NCBI GenBank assembly: GCA_036394595.1
Contig: DASWEU010000121.1
Location: 3,242-67,241, forward strand
DNA length: 64,000 nt
Reading direction: 5' to 3'
From: Burkholderiales bacterium
Lineage (GTDB): Bacteria; Pseudomonadota; Gammaproteobacteria; Burkholderiales; SG8-39
Both the position numbers and the translations under genes were made by a program. The notes under the pieces are model-generated. The model ran no database searches, was not told the DNA's origin, and saw only the letters and a list, made by a program, of their open reading frames with translations. Positions 1 through 8,338 of this stretch are shown in pieces (the first letter of the stretch is position 1; the number at the start of each line of letters is the position of its first letter).

Positions 1-838
1 CCGCCCAGCGCCGCCCATGCACCAGCGGCCGGATGTTGTTCAGCGCTGCGAGCACCACCGAAAGGGCGATGCAGGACTCCACCAGCCGCGAGGGGAGCTG
101 CACGACGGAGAGCGCAGCGAGCGACAAGGTGATGGAGTGCGCGACCGTAAAGGACGTCGCTACCTTGAGGACGTCCCAGAACGCCTCCCTGAAGCGCGTG
201 GCGGGCTGCCAGCTGCGGCCGGCCGCGACGAGCACCGAGGGCAGCAGCAGGGAAAGCAGGAACAAAATGTGATCGAAGCCGATCCAGATGTGCCACACCC
301 CCTCGCGTGCGTAGTCGAGAAACTGCGCGAGGAGCGAGCGGCCGGTGGTTTGCAGCAGCAGTCGCGGCCGGTCCGGGCCGAGCACGCCGGTGACGGTTCC
401 GCTGGCGAGTTGCGCGCGCAACAGGCCGCGATGGGTCGGATCGAGATCGGCGAACAGCGTGTATTCGACCTCGATCTCCCGGGGCGAGGGACGGGCGCAC
501 GCGGCCGCGAAGCGCAGGACGGCATAAGCGCCGTCGGTGTGCTCGTCGACCAGCATTCCGGAGGGAGTCAGCGGGCACGGCTGGCTGTCGGCGCTGAGCG
601 CGAAGCGGGCGAACGCGTAAGCCGCGATCTCGCCTTGCTTGGCGCGCAGCTCGCCCCAGGTGATGGCGCCATCGCCATTGGCGTCCAGGCCAAGGGCGTA
701 CTCCAGGTCGCGCAGCGCGATATCCCATTGGCCGTCGATGCGGTCGGCCTCGACCTGCAGCGCGAGGTAGCTGTCGCTCGGCTTGTGCGCCTGCGCCGCC
801 GTCGCGGCCACCATAAGGAACAGTGCCAGGAGTCTCAT
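1..838 (-). CDS. HupE/UreJ-2 family membrane protein (3' end cut by window edge)
   Basis: My own minus-strand translation from ATG at 838 gives MRLLALFLMVAATAAQAHKPSDSYLALQVE... It has a signal peptide, an EF-hand-like loop DANGDGAITWGE, then His-containing TM segments (GVWHIWIGFDHILFLLSLLL, TSFTVAHSITLSLAAL). The frame is open to position 1, so it is absent from the ORF track. ATGA overlap with the upstream TPR gene stop. Confidence 0.75.
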   Translation of the reverse strand, partial: MRLLALFLMVAATAAQAHKPSDSYLALQVEADRIDGQWDIALRDLEYALGLDANGDGAITWGELRAKQGEIAAYAFARFALSADSQPCPLTPSGMLVDEHTDGAYAVLRFAAACARPSPREIEVEYTLFADLDPTHRGLLRAQLASGTVTGVLGPDRPRLLLQTTGRSLLAQFLDYAREGVWHIWIGFDHILFLLSLLLPSVLVAAGRSWQPATRFREAFWDVLKVATSFTVAHSITLSLAALSVVQLPSRLVESCIALSVVLAALNNIRPLVHGRRWA

Positions 839-2001
839 TTCAGCCGTGCCGCAACACTGCGCAGGTGCTCGTCTTCGAAGCGCGTGGCGTCGAGCCAGCG
901 CAGCGCCGGCGCTGCGGCGGCGGGCGCGCGCGCCGCCGCGGCCGCCTCCAGCAGCACCAGCGCATCACGCGGCTCACGCTGGGATTTCCAGTTCTCCGCG
1001 GCCGCGGCCAGCGCGGCCGCGGGATCTTTCTTCAGGTCGAGGAGGTAGCGGGCCTCCTCCGCCAGATGCAGCTTCTCGCCCCGCAGGGCGGCCGCGGCAA
1101 ATCGCTCGCCGAGCGCCTGCGAATGGCGCGCCGCCGCCGGCAGCCCAAGGGATTGCTCGGCGAGCGCCAGCCGAAGCAGCAGCGTGTCCGAGCGTTCCCA
1201 GTCCTTGAGCAGCGCGACGACTTCCGCGGCGCGCCGGTGAGCGAGCAGGAAGTCGGCGTAGGCCGCCAGCACGAAATTGTCGGTGATGCCCAGCGCGAGA
1301 GCGTCGCGGAAGTGGCGCTCGGCGCCTGCGTCATCGCTGAGCCGGGTGGCCATCTCGGCGAGGCGCGTGAGCGTCCAGAGCCGGGCGTAAGGCCCGGCGG
1401 CCGTAGCGCGTCGCAGTGCTTCCGCCAGGCGCCGGTAGGCACCGCGCGCGTCGCCGGTCGTCGCCTCGACGTAGGCGGCGCAGCCCGTTGCCAGCAGCTC
1501 CGAAGCGCGGCCGTCGAGCGCGACACATTCCCGCGCCGCGGCGGGATAGTCCGCCTGGACCATGAAGATGGCGGCACGCCAGGCGCGCGCCTCGACGTGT
1601 TCCGGATCGAGCGCGAGCGTTCTTTCGAGATCGGCCAGGGCGCCGGCAAAGTCGTGGCGGTATTGCCGCACCAGGGCGCGCGCAAAGGCCACTTCCGCGG
1701 GCGCGTCGCCGTCCTTCCAGGGACGCAGGGCCGCCTCGGCGTAGCCGACGTATCGCGGGTCGCCATCGGCGCTCGCCAGCTCGAAATAGCGCTGCGCGAG
1801 CGCGGCGGCGGCCTCGGCATTGCCGGGCGCCGCGGCGAGCCGCTCGCGCAACTGGCGCAGTTCGGCCATCGCCGGGTCGTCTCGCCGCGCCGGCAGGCGC
1901 TCGAGAACCTGACCGTCGTGTTGCGGCAGAAAAGGCGCGGCGACCGGCAGGCCGATCGGCAGTACGACTCCCAGAATCACCGCGACGAGTCGAAAATCCA
2001 T
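835..2001 (-). CDS. Tetratricopeptide-repeat protein with N-terminal membrane anchor
   Basis: 388-aa ORF. Hydrophobic N-terminus (MDFRLVAVILGVVLPIGLPVAAPF), then repeated Ala/Leu/Tyr-rich TPR-like helical pairs. Stop overlaps the HupE-like start (ATGA). Confidence 0.8.
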   Translation of the reverse strand: MDFRLVAVILGVVLPIGLPVAAPFLPQHDGQVLERLPARRDDPAMAELRQLRERLAAAPGNAEAAAALAQRYFELASADGDPRYVGYAEAALRPWKDGDAPAEVAFARALVRQYRHDFAGALADLERTLALDPEHVEARAWRAAIFMVQADYPAAARECVALDGRASELLATGCAAYVEATTGDARGAYRRLAEALRRATAAGPYARLWTLTRLAEMATRLSDDAGAERHFRDALALGITDNFVLAAYADFLLAHRRAAEVVALLKDWERSDTLLLRLALAEQSLGLPAAARHSQALGERFAAAALRGEKLHLAEEARYLLDLKKDPAAALAAAAENWKSQREPRDALVLLEAAAAARAPAAAAPALRWLDATRFEDEHLRSVAARLK

Positions 2002-2199
2002 GGACTGTCGTTTAAAAACAACAGGTTAACATACAGCAGGTGCAGGATTGGGGCGATTGTCTAGAATCCGCGCGGTGGATCGGTCCACAGAGAGGCAAGG
2101 GCATTGCCGGTCAACCGTCGCCCCGGGTCGCGCGTTGCTCGCCCGGGAGCGCTGGATCCGTTGCGTCGCCCGTGTTCGAACACTAACTAGGAGAGAGAG

Positions 2200-2397
2200 A
2201 TGAACAAGCTGGTTTCCGTGATCGTTGCCGCGATGTTCGCGGCGGTAAGCGCTTCCGCCTTCGCCGCGTCGCACGCTGGCGCGCAGATGAAGAAGGACGA
2301 GAAGAAGATGGAAAAGAAGATGGAAAAGAAGAAGGGCGAAGGCAAGAAGAAAGACGGCAAGAAGAAAGACGAGATGAAGAAAGGCGACAAGAAGTAA
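2200..2397 (+). CDS. Small secreted Lys-rich protein, pentapeptide MXKDX-repeat family
   Basis: 65 aa. GGAGAGAGAG Shine-Dalgarno-like run directly upstream. Signal peptide MNKLVSVIVAAMFAAVSASAFA, then MKKDEKKMEKKMEKKKGEGKKKDGKKKDEMKKGDKK. Confidence 0.7.
   Translation: MNKLVSVIVAAMFAAVSASAFAASHAGAQMKKDEKKMEKKMEKKKGEGKKKDGKKKDEMKKGDKK
2302..2370 (+). repeat. Short tandem DNA repeats inside a purine-rich tract (coding for the Lys-rich repeats)
   Basis: aagaagatggaa occurs twice in tandem (2302-2313, 2314-2325). ggcaagaagaaagac occurs twice in tandem (2341-2355, 2356-2370). The surrounding ~110 nt are overwhelmingly A/G on the + strand. Confidence 0.85.
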
Positions 2398-2405
2398 GTC
2401 GTCTC

Positions 2406-2870
2406 ATGTTCCACTGGAAGGCAGGGGCGACCCTGCCTTTTTCATTTCTGGTCCTGGCGCTGCTGCTGGCGTTACCCGCGGCGCGCGCACAGCCGCTGCC
2501 GGTGGTGCCACTGAGCGCCGGGATGCACGCCATCCGGGCCGAGGTGGCCGCGGACATGGCGAGCCGCATGACCGGTCTGATGCACCGCCCGGTAATGCCG
2601 GCCAATGCCGGCATGCTGTTCATCTTCGACGAGACCACCACGCATTGCATGTGGATGAAGAACACCCTCATCCCGCTGTCGGTGGCATTTCTCGACGAGG
2701 CCGGCGCGGTGATCAACATTGCGGACATGCAGCCGCATAGCGAGCAATCCCACTGCGCGGCACGGCCTGCCCGCTACGCGCTCGAAATGAACCGCGGCTG
2801 GTTCGCGCAACATGGCGTCAAGCCGGGCCTACGCATCGGCGGGCTTGAGCGGGCGACCGGGCGACGCTGA
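2406..2870 (+). CDS. DUF192 domain-containing periplasmic protein
   Basis: 154 aa with a signal peptide ending ARAQ. The motif series AEVA...GLM, MLFIF, MWMKNT, PLSVAFLD, YALEMN is typical of DUF192 (COG1430). Starts 8 nt after the MXKDX gene stop. Confidence 0.75.
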   Translation: MFHWKAGATLPFSFLVLALLLALPAARAQPLPVVPLSAGMHAIRAEVAADMASRMTGLMHRPVMPANAGMLFIFDETTTHCMWMKNTLIPLSVAFLDEAGAVINIADMQPHSEQSHCAARPARYALEMNRGWFAQHGVKPGLRIGGLERATGRR

Positions 2871-2878
2871 GGCAGCGC

Positions 2879-3136
2879 CTAGGTCAGCACTACCAGCAGC
2901 AGCGCGGCGGCCAGCGCACCGCGGCCGGCGTGGGCCCACAGGCGGGGCTGCGCATCGCGCAGTGACTTCCAGGCCGGAACGATCCAGCACCAGCACAGCG
3001 CGAGCCGCGAAGCACCGAGCGCATCGGCGACGCGCGGGTGACCGTCGAGCCAGGCCTGGTCAGCGAACGCGGCGAGCGCGGCAAGCGCGCCGATTGCCGC
3101 GAGGCTGCCCAGCAGCCAAAGCGCCCCGCGCCGCAC
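2879..3136 (-). CDS. Small hypothetical membrane protein
   Basis: 85-aa ORF with a GTG start 3 nt after the stop of the upstream membrane protein. Two or three hydrophobic segments. No recognisable family. Confidence 0.4.
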   Translation of the reverse strand: MRRGALWLLGSLAAIGALAALAAFADQAWLDGHPRVADALGASRLALCWCWIVPAWKSLRDAQPRLWAHAGRGALAAALLLVVLT

Positions 3137-3139
3137 GCG

Positions 3140-3727
3140 CTACAGCCCGCCGTTTTGCTGCGCCACCATGCAGAACAGCATGGGGATCGACAGCATGGTG
3201 TTGATGCGCGAGGTCATGCCGGCCATCTTGGCCGCGGCGGCCTTGTCTTCCGGGCTCACCTGCACGATGCCGAGCGCCTTCTTCTGGTTGGGCCAGATGA
3301 TGAACCAGACGTTGAACCACATGATGACGGCAATCCACATGCCGAGGCCGATGGCGTAGTGGTCCTTGCTGGAGAAGGCGAGCGCCTTGCCGATGTAGCC
3401 GTTCATCCAAGCGAGGATCAGGCCCGTGACCAGGGTCGCCATCGCGGCCCAGCGGAACCAGAACAGCGCCGTCGGCGCGATCACCTTGCTGATGGCCGGC
3501 TTCTGCTCGTCCGGGATCTTGGGCATCGACGGCGTCTGCACGAAATTGAAGTACCACAGCAGCCCGATCCACATCACGCCCGAGAGCACGTGCAGCCAGC
3601 GGAAGAAGAACGCCCACCAGGCGTGCTCCATCATCTTGCCGTGCGTGCCGGCGATCAGGGCGATGACGACGAGGATGACGACGCCTGCGGTTACCGTGCG
3701 GCCGAGCGACTGGAATATCGCACCCAT
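3140..3727 (-). CDS. Membrane protein related to the urate hydroxylase PuuD N-terminal domain (no cytochrome c part)
   Basis: 195 aa, multi-TM. The motif FRWLHVLSGVMWIGLLWYFNFVQTP resembles the Urate_ox_N family signature. Confidence 0.6.
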   Translation of the reverse strand: MGAIFQSLGRTVTAGVVILVVIALIAGTHGKMMEHAWWAFFFRWLHVLSGVMWIGLLWYFNFVQTPSMPKIPDEQKPAISKVIAPTALFWFRWAAMATLVTGLILAWMNGYIGKALAFSSKDHYAIGLGMWIAVIMWFNVWFIIWPNQKKALGIVQVSPEDKAAAAKMAGMTSRINTMLSIPMLFCMVAQQNGGL

Positions 3728-3779
3728 GGTGTTCCCCTCTTGGTTAAGCGGGTTTGCAGCGAAAAAAGTCTAGCACGCG

Positions 3780-4196
3780 TCAACCGCGGACGAAAAAACC
3801 GGACGCGGCGGCGGCCAGCACCAGCACCTGCACTGCGGCAATCGCTGCCAGCAGCCGCTCGTGGCGGCCGAGCAGGGCCGGCAGCAGGCGCAGGTAGCAC
3901 AGCGCGGTGACCAGGGGCAGCAGGGCGATGCAGGCGAGATTGAGGTAATCGCCGCGCGCGGCGAGCTCGAGCCAGCCCCAGCCGGAGGGCGCTCCGGTGC
4001 GGCGCAGAAACTCGTCCACCGGCAGCCCCCAGAGCGCGGGCAGCGCCTCGAGCGGGACGAAGGGCGCCAGCGCGCCCGTCGCGTAGGCCAGAAACGCCGC
4101 CAGGGAGACCGCAAACGCGACGCGCGTGCTGATGTCGAGCCAGCGCGCGTAGATGCGCTGCGCCGCGGCCTCGTTTTCGTCGCGCTTCAGGTCCAT
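3780..4196 (-). CDS. DUF1634-like small membrane protein (usual partner of TauE/SafE permeases)
   Basis: Only the last 138 aa (MDLKRDENEAAAQRIYARWLDISTRVAFAV...) of the 414-aa track ORF look protein-like, with 3-4 TM segments. The internal ATG at 4196 overlaps the TauE stop by 10 nt. Confidence 0.6.
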   Translation of the reverse strand: MDLKRDENEAAAQRIYARWLDISTRVAFAVSLAAFLAYATGALAPFVPLEALPALWGLPVDEFLRRTGAPSGWGWLELAARGDYLNLACIALLPLVTALCYLRLLPALLGRHERLLAAIAAVQVLVLAAAASGFFVRG

Positions 4197-5047
4197 AGTC
4201 CCAGCCCGCGGGCAAGGGCGCGCAGCCCCGCGATGAGCAGCACCGCGATCACCAGGCGCCGCACGATCGCCGCGGGCGTCTCCGACAGCAGCCGCGCGCC
4301 GATGCGCGAGCCCAGCATCACGCCTAGGATCGCCGGCACGGCGAGCATCGGCAACAGCGCGCCGTGCAGGATGTAGACCCAGGACGCCGAGCTGTTGATG
4401 ACCGAAATGATCAGCCCGCTTGAGCCGATGGCCACCTTGAGCGGCGCGGCCATCAGCAGATTGAGCGCCGGGACGTTGGCGAAGCCCGCGCCCAGGCCGA
4501 AAACGCCGCCGAGGAAGCCGATGGCAGCAAAGGCGGCGAAGCCGGCGAGCGTGCGGTGAGTGCGCCAGTCGATGCGCAGGCCTTCGGCCCGGTCGTGGAA
4601 CTCCCCGCGCATGTGCAGCGCGGCCCCGAGCGCGTCCGCGGCCAGCGCGCCCGAGCCATAGGCGTCGCGCGAGCGCCAGATGAGGAGCGCGATGGCGACC
4701 ACCGTCACGCCAAGGGCCGTCTGCAGCACGTCGGTGCGCAGCGAAAGGCCCACCAGCGCACCGGCGAACGAAGCCACCGAGCCGGCCAAGGCGAGCGGGA
4801 TCACCAGCCGCAGGCTCGCCATGCGGTTGCGCAGGAGCAGCGGCCCGGCCGCCAGCGTGCCGGCGAGCGCGAACAGCAATCCCGCGCCGCGCACGAAATC
4901 GAGGTGGAACGGAAAAAAGCTGCCGACGATCGGCACGAACAGCACGCCGCCGCCGACGCCCGCCAGCACCGCCACGATGCCGATGGCAAAGCTCACCGCG
5001 AACAGCGCGATCGGCCAGATCCACCAGGGGATGGCTGCGGCATCCAT
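4187..5047 (-). CDS. TauE/SafE family sulfite/anion exporter
   Basis: 286 aa, polytopic. Duplicated GxGGG-type motifs (LAGVGGGVLFVPIV, FLGGVFGLGAGF) characteristic of TauE/SafE. Confidence 0.85.
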   Translation of the reverse strand: MDAAAIPWWIWPIALFAVSFAIGIVAVLAGVGGGVLFVPIVGSFFPFHLDFVRGAGLLFALAGTLAAGPLLLRNRMASLRLVIPLALAGSVASFAGALVGLSLRTDVLQTALGVTVVAIALLIWRSRDAYGSGALAADALGAALHMRGEFHDRAEGLRIDWRTHRTLAGFAAFAAIGFLGGVFGLGAGFANVPALNLLMAAPLKVAIGSSGLIISVINSSASWVYILHGALLPMLAVPAILGVMLGSRIGARLLSETPAAIVRRLVIAVLLIAGLRALARGLGLWT

Positions 5048-5070
5048 GTGCTTCGGGCTATGCTCGCATA

Positions 5071-5862
5071 ATGCCCAAGCTCGCCGCCAATCTATCCACG
5101 CTGTTCGTCGAAGTCGATTTCCTCGAGCGCTTCGCCGCCGCCGCTCGCGCCGGCTTCCGCGCCGTCGAATACCAGTATCCCTACGAGTGGCGGCCCGAGG
5201 ACATCGCGCGCGCGGCGCGCGACGCCGGGCTGGCGGTGGTGTTGCACAACATGCCGGCGGGCGACGCGTCGCGCGGCGAGCGCGGCACCGCCTGCCTGCC
5301 CGGCCGCGAGCGGCAATTTCGCGATGACCTGGAGCGGGCGATCGACTATGCGCGCGCGGCCGGCTGCGCCAGCCTGCACCTGATGGCCGGCGTGGTGCCG
5401 CCGGGCGCCGAGCGCGCCGCCTACCACGCCGCGTACATTGCCAATCTCAAGTACGCGTCGGAGCGGCTGCGCGCTGCCGGCATGCGGCTGCTGATCGAGC
5501 CGCTCAGCGAGCGCACCGTGGCGAACTGCTTCCTGCGCTCAAGCCAGCAGGCGGCGCAGGTGCTCGACGAGGTCGGCGCCGGCAACGCGCTCATCCAGTA
5601 CGACCTGTTCCACATGCAGATCATGGAGGGCAATCTCGCGCTGACGCTTGAGCGCTTGCTGCCGCGCATCGGCCACCTGCAGATCGCCGACGTGCCCGGG
5701 CGCAACGAGCCCGGCACCGGCGAAATCAATTTCGATTTTCTGCTGCGCCATGTCGACCGCCTGGGTTATTCCGGCTGGATCGGTTGCGAATACAATCCTC
5801 GGGGTGACACGGTCGAAGGCCTGAAGTGGGCGCAGCCCTACCTGAAAGGCGGCGGCAGGTAG
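5071..5862 (+). CDS. hyi: Hydroxypyruvate isomerase family protein (Hyi/OtnI, TIM-barrel)
   Basis: 263 aa. MPKLAANLSTLF..., LIEPLS, QYDLFHMQIMEGNL, GHLQIADVPGRNEPGTGEINF, GWIGCEYNP match the Hyi family pattern. Confidence 0.85.
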   Translation: MPKLAANLSTLFVEVDFLERFAAAARAGFRAVEYQYPYEWRPEDIARAARDAGLAVVLHNMPAGDASRGERGTACLPGRERQFRDDLERAIDYARAAGCASLHLMAGVVPPGAERAAYHAAYIANLKYASERLRAAGMRLLIEPLSERTVANCFLRSSQQAAQVLDEVGAGNALIQYDLFHMQIMEGNLALTLERLLPRIGHLQIADVPGRNEPGTGEINFDFLLRHVDRLGYSGWIGCEYNPRGDTVEGLKWAQPYLKGGGR

Positions 5863-7298
5863 CGGCGGCGCTGCGCACGTTCCTGCCGGAACGCGCGGTG
5901 CTCGTCGAGGAAGAAGACACCCGGCCCTACGAATGCGACGGCCTCACCGCCTACCGCGAGCTGCCGATGATCGTCGCGCTGCCCGAGACCGACGAGCAGG
6001 TGCGGCGCGTGCTCGAGACCTGCTCCTCCCTTGAAATTCCCGTCGTGCCGCGCGGCGCGGGCACCGGACTCTCGGGCGGCGCGCTGCCGCCCGGCGCGGG
6101 CGTGCTGCTGTCGATGGCGAAATTCATGCGCGTGCTGCGCGTCGATCCGCGTGCCTGCATCGCGGTAGTGCAGCCGGGCGTGCGCAATCTCGCCATCTCC
6201 GACGTCGCCGCGCCGCACGGCCTCTACTACGCCCCCGATCCGTCCAGCCAGATCGCCTGCAGCATCGGCGGCAACGTGGCGGAGAACTCCGGCGGCGTGC
6301 ATTGCCTGAAATACGGGCTGACGGTGCACAACGTGCTGCGCCTGCGCGGCTACACCATGGCCGGCGCGCCGGTCGAATTCGGCTCGGAGGCGCCGGACGC
6401 GCCGGGCTACGACCTGCTCGCACTCGCCATCGGTTCCGAGGGCATGCTGGCGGTGGTCACCGAGGTGACGGTGAAGCTGCTGCCGAAGCCGCAGTGCGCG
6501 CGCGTCATCATGGCGTCCTTCGACGACGTGCAGAAAGCGGGCGACGCGGTGGCCGCGGTCATCGGCGCCGGCATCATTCCGGCCGGGCTGGAGATGATGG
6601 ACCGCCCGGCGACGCGCGCGGTGGAGGAGTACGTCGGCGCGGGCTATGACCTCGAGGCGGCCGCCATCCTGCTGTGCGAATCGGACGGAACCATCGAAGA
6701 GGTGGAAGACGAGATCGCGCGCATGAAGGCGATGCTGCAGGGCGCGGGAGCGTCTCGGCTCGCCGTCTCGCGCGACGAGGCCGAGCGGCTGCGCTTCTGG
6801 TCGGGGCGTAAAGCCGCCTTTCCGGCGGTCGGCCGCATCTCGCCCGACTATTACTGCATGGACGGCACCATTCCGCGCAAGCGCGTCGGCGAGGTGCTGC
6901 GCTTCATCGCCGAGCTGGAGCGCAAATACGGCCTGCGCTGCCCGAACGTCTTCCACGCCGGCGACGGCAATCTGCATCCGCTCATCCTGTTCGACGCCAA
7001 CAACGCCGACGAGCTGCACCGCACGGAGCAGTTCGCCGGCGAAGTGCTGCAGAAATGCATCGAGGTCGGCGGCACCATCACCGGCGAGCACGGCGTGGGG
7101 GTGGAGAAGATCAACCAGATGTGCGTGCAATTCCGGCCGGACGAGCTGGAGCTGTTTCACGCCGTGAAGCGCGCTTTCGACCCGGCCGGCCTGCTCAATC
7201 CCGGCAAGGCGGTGCCGACGCTCGCGCGCTGCGCCGAGCACGGGCGCATGCATGTCAGGGGCGGCCGCCTGCCGCACCCGGAACTGCCGCGGTTTTGA
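5826..7298 (+). CDS. glcD: Glycolate oxidase subunit GlcD (FAD-linked)
   Basis: 490 aa, collinear with my recollection of E. coli GlcD (PYECDGL, RGAGTGLSGGALP, QPGVRNLAIS, YYAPDPSSQIACSIGGNVAENSGGVHCLKYG, ...PELPRF at the C-terminus). GTG start overlaps the hyi end by 37 nt, so the start is uncertain. Confidence 0.92.
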   Translation: MGAALPERRRQVAAALRTFLPERAVLVEEEDTRPYECDGLTAYRELPMIVALPETDEQVRRVLETCSSLEIPVVPRGAGTGLSGGALPPGAGVLLSMAKFMRVLRVDPRACIAVVQPGVRNLAISDVAAPHGLYYAPDPSSQIACSIGGNVAENSGGVHCLKYGLTVHNVLRLRGYTMAGAPVEFGSEAPDAPGYDLLALAIGSEGMLAVVTEVTVKLLPKPQCARVIMASFDDVQKAGDAVAAVIGAGIIPAGLEMMDRPATRAVEEYVGAGYDLEAAAILLCESDGTIEEVEDEIARMKAMLQGAGASRLAVSRDEAERLRFWSGRKAAFPAVGRISPDYYCMDGTIPRKRVGEVLRFIAELERKYGLRCPNVFHAGDGNLHPLILFDANNADELHRTEQFAGEVLQKCIEVGGTITGEHGVGVEKINQMCVQFRPDELELFHAVKRAFDPAGLLNPGKAVPTLARCAEHGRMHVRGGRLPHPELPRF

Positions 7299-8338
7299 TC
7301 GACCTTTTTCAGGAAAAAATTCGGCAGGCCGCGCAGCGGCGCATGCCGCTGCGCCTGCGCGGCGGCGGCAGCAAGGACTTCTACGGCAACGCGCCGCGCG
7401 GCGAGCTGCTCGACACGCGCGGCCATGCCGGCATCGTCAGCTACGAGCCGACCGAGCTGGTGGTGACGGCGCGTTGCGGGACGAAATTGAAAGAACTGGA
7501 ATCTGTTCTTCTGGCTAAAAACCAATTCTTCCCCTTCGAACCCCCGCATTTCGACGACCAGGCGACGCTGGGCGGCTGCATCGCCGCCGGGCTCTCGGGG
7601 CCGCGACGCTCGAGCGCCGGCGCGCTGCGCGACTATGTGCTGGGCGCCAGGATCGTCGACGGCCGCGGCCAGCTGCTGACCTTCGGCGGCCAGGTGATGA
7701 AGAACGTCGCCGGCTACGACATCTCGCGGCTGCTCGCCGGGTCGCTCGGCACGCTCGGCCTGATCGTCGAGGCATCGCTCAAGGTGCTGCCGCGGCCGCC
7801 CGCGGAAGCGACGCTGCGCTTCGCGCTGCCCGAGGCGCGCGCGCTCGAGACAATGGCCGGCTGGGCGGGGCAGCCGCTGCCCGTGTCCGCCACGGCATGG
7901 AAGGACGGCGCGCTCGCGGTGCGCCTGTCGGGCGCGGCACCCGCGGTGCGCGCCGCCGCGAGCCGCATCGGCGGCGAGCCGGGCGACGCCGCGCTGTGGG
8001 CCGCACTGCGCGATCACGCCGATTCTTTTTTCGCCGGTGCGGAGCCTTTGTGGCGCATTGCGCTGCCTTCGACTGCGGCGCCACTAGCGCTTGCCGGACG
8101 CCAGCTGATCGAATGGGGCGGGGGGCTGCGCTGGCTCAAGACCGGCGCGACGGCGACCGAGGTACGCTCGGCGGCAAGTCGCGCCGGCGGCCATGCCACG
8201 CTGTTTCGGGCCGCCGAGAAGGGCGCGGGTGCGTTTACGCCACTCGATCCGGTGAAGCTGCGCCTGCACCAGGCGCTGAAGCAGGCTTTTGATCCCGCCG
8301 GCATTTTCAATCCCGGCCGGATGTATGCGGACTTCTAG
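7295..8338 (+). CDS. glcE: Glycolate oxidase FAD-binding subunit GlcE
   Basis: The protein-like part begins at an in-frame TTG at 7295 that overlaps the glcD stop (TTGA): LIDLFQEKIRQAAQRRMPLRLRGGGSKDFYG... Also contains VMKNVAGYDISRLL. The upstream part of the track ORF (7055-7294) is the off-frame shadow of glcD. Confidence 0.85.
   Translation: MIDLFQEKIRQAAQRRMPLRLRGGGSKDFYGNAPRGELLDTRGHAGIVSYEPTELVVTARCGTKLKELESVLLAKNQFFPFEPPHFDDQATLGGCIAAGLSGPRRSSAGALRDYVLGARIVDGRGQLLTFGGQVMKNVAGYDISRLLAGSLGTLGLIVEASLKVLPRPPAEATLRFALPEARALETMAGWAGQPLPVSATAWKDGALAVRLSGAAPAVRAAASRIGGEPGDAALWAALRDHADSFFAGAEPLWRIALPSTAAPLALAGRQLIEWGGGLRWLKTGATATEVRSAASRAGGHATLFRAAEKGAGAFTPLDPVKLRLHQALKQAFDPAGIFNPGRMYADF

Noticed and set aside
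17-1048. 343-aa + strand ORF (and nested ORFs 33-272, 345-527, 783-1208, 823-2064)
   Set aside because: The translation is Arg/Ala/Gly-rich low complexity with no motifs. The opposite strand encodes recognisable HupE/UreJ-like and TPR proteins in the same space. This is a typical high-GC shadow ORF.
2187-2414. 75-aa minus-strand ORF rich in Phe/Ser/Pro (FFLPSFFLPSPFFFSIFF) and the 181-aa ORF 2183-2728(-)
   Set aside because: They are the pyrimidine-strand mirror of the purine-rich MXKDX coding repeats. The + strand ORF has a signal peptide and an SD.
3780-5024. Full-length 414-aa minus-strand ORF
   Set aside because: The first ~276 codons run off-frame through the TauE gene and are Arg/Ala/Gly low complexity. 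Only the terminal 138 codons (from ATG 4196) look like a real membrane protein.
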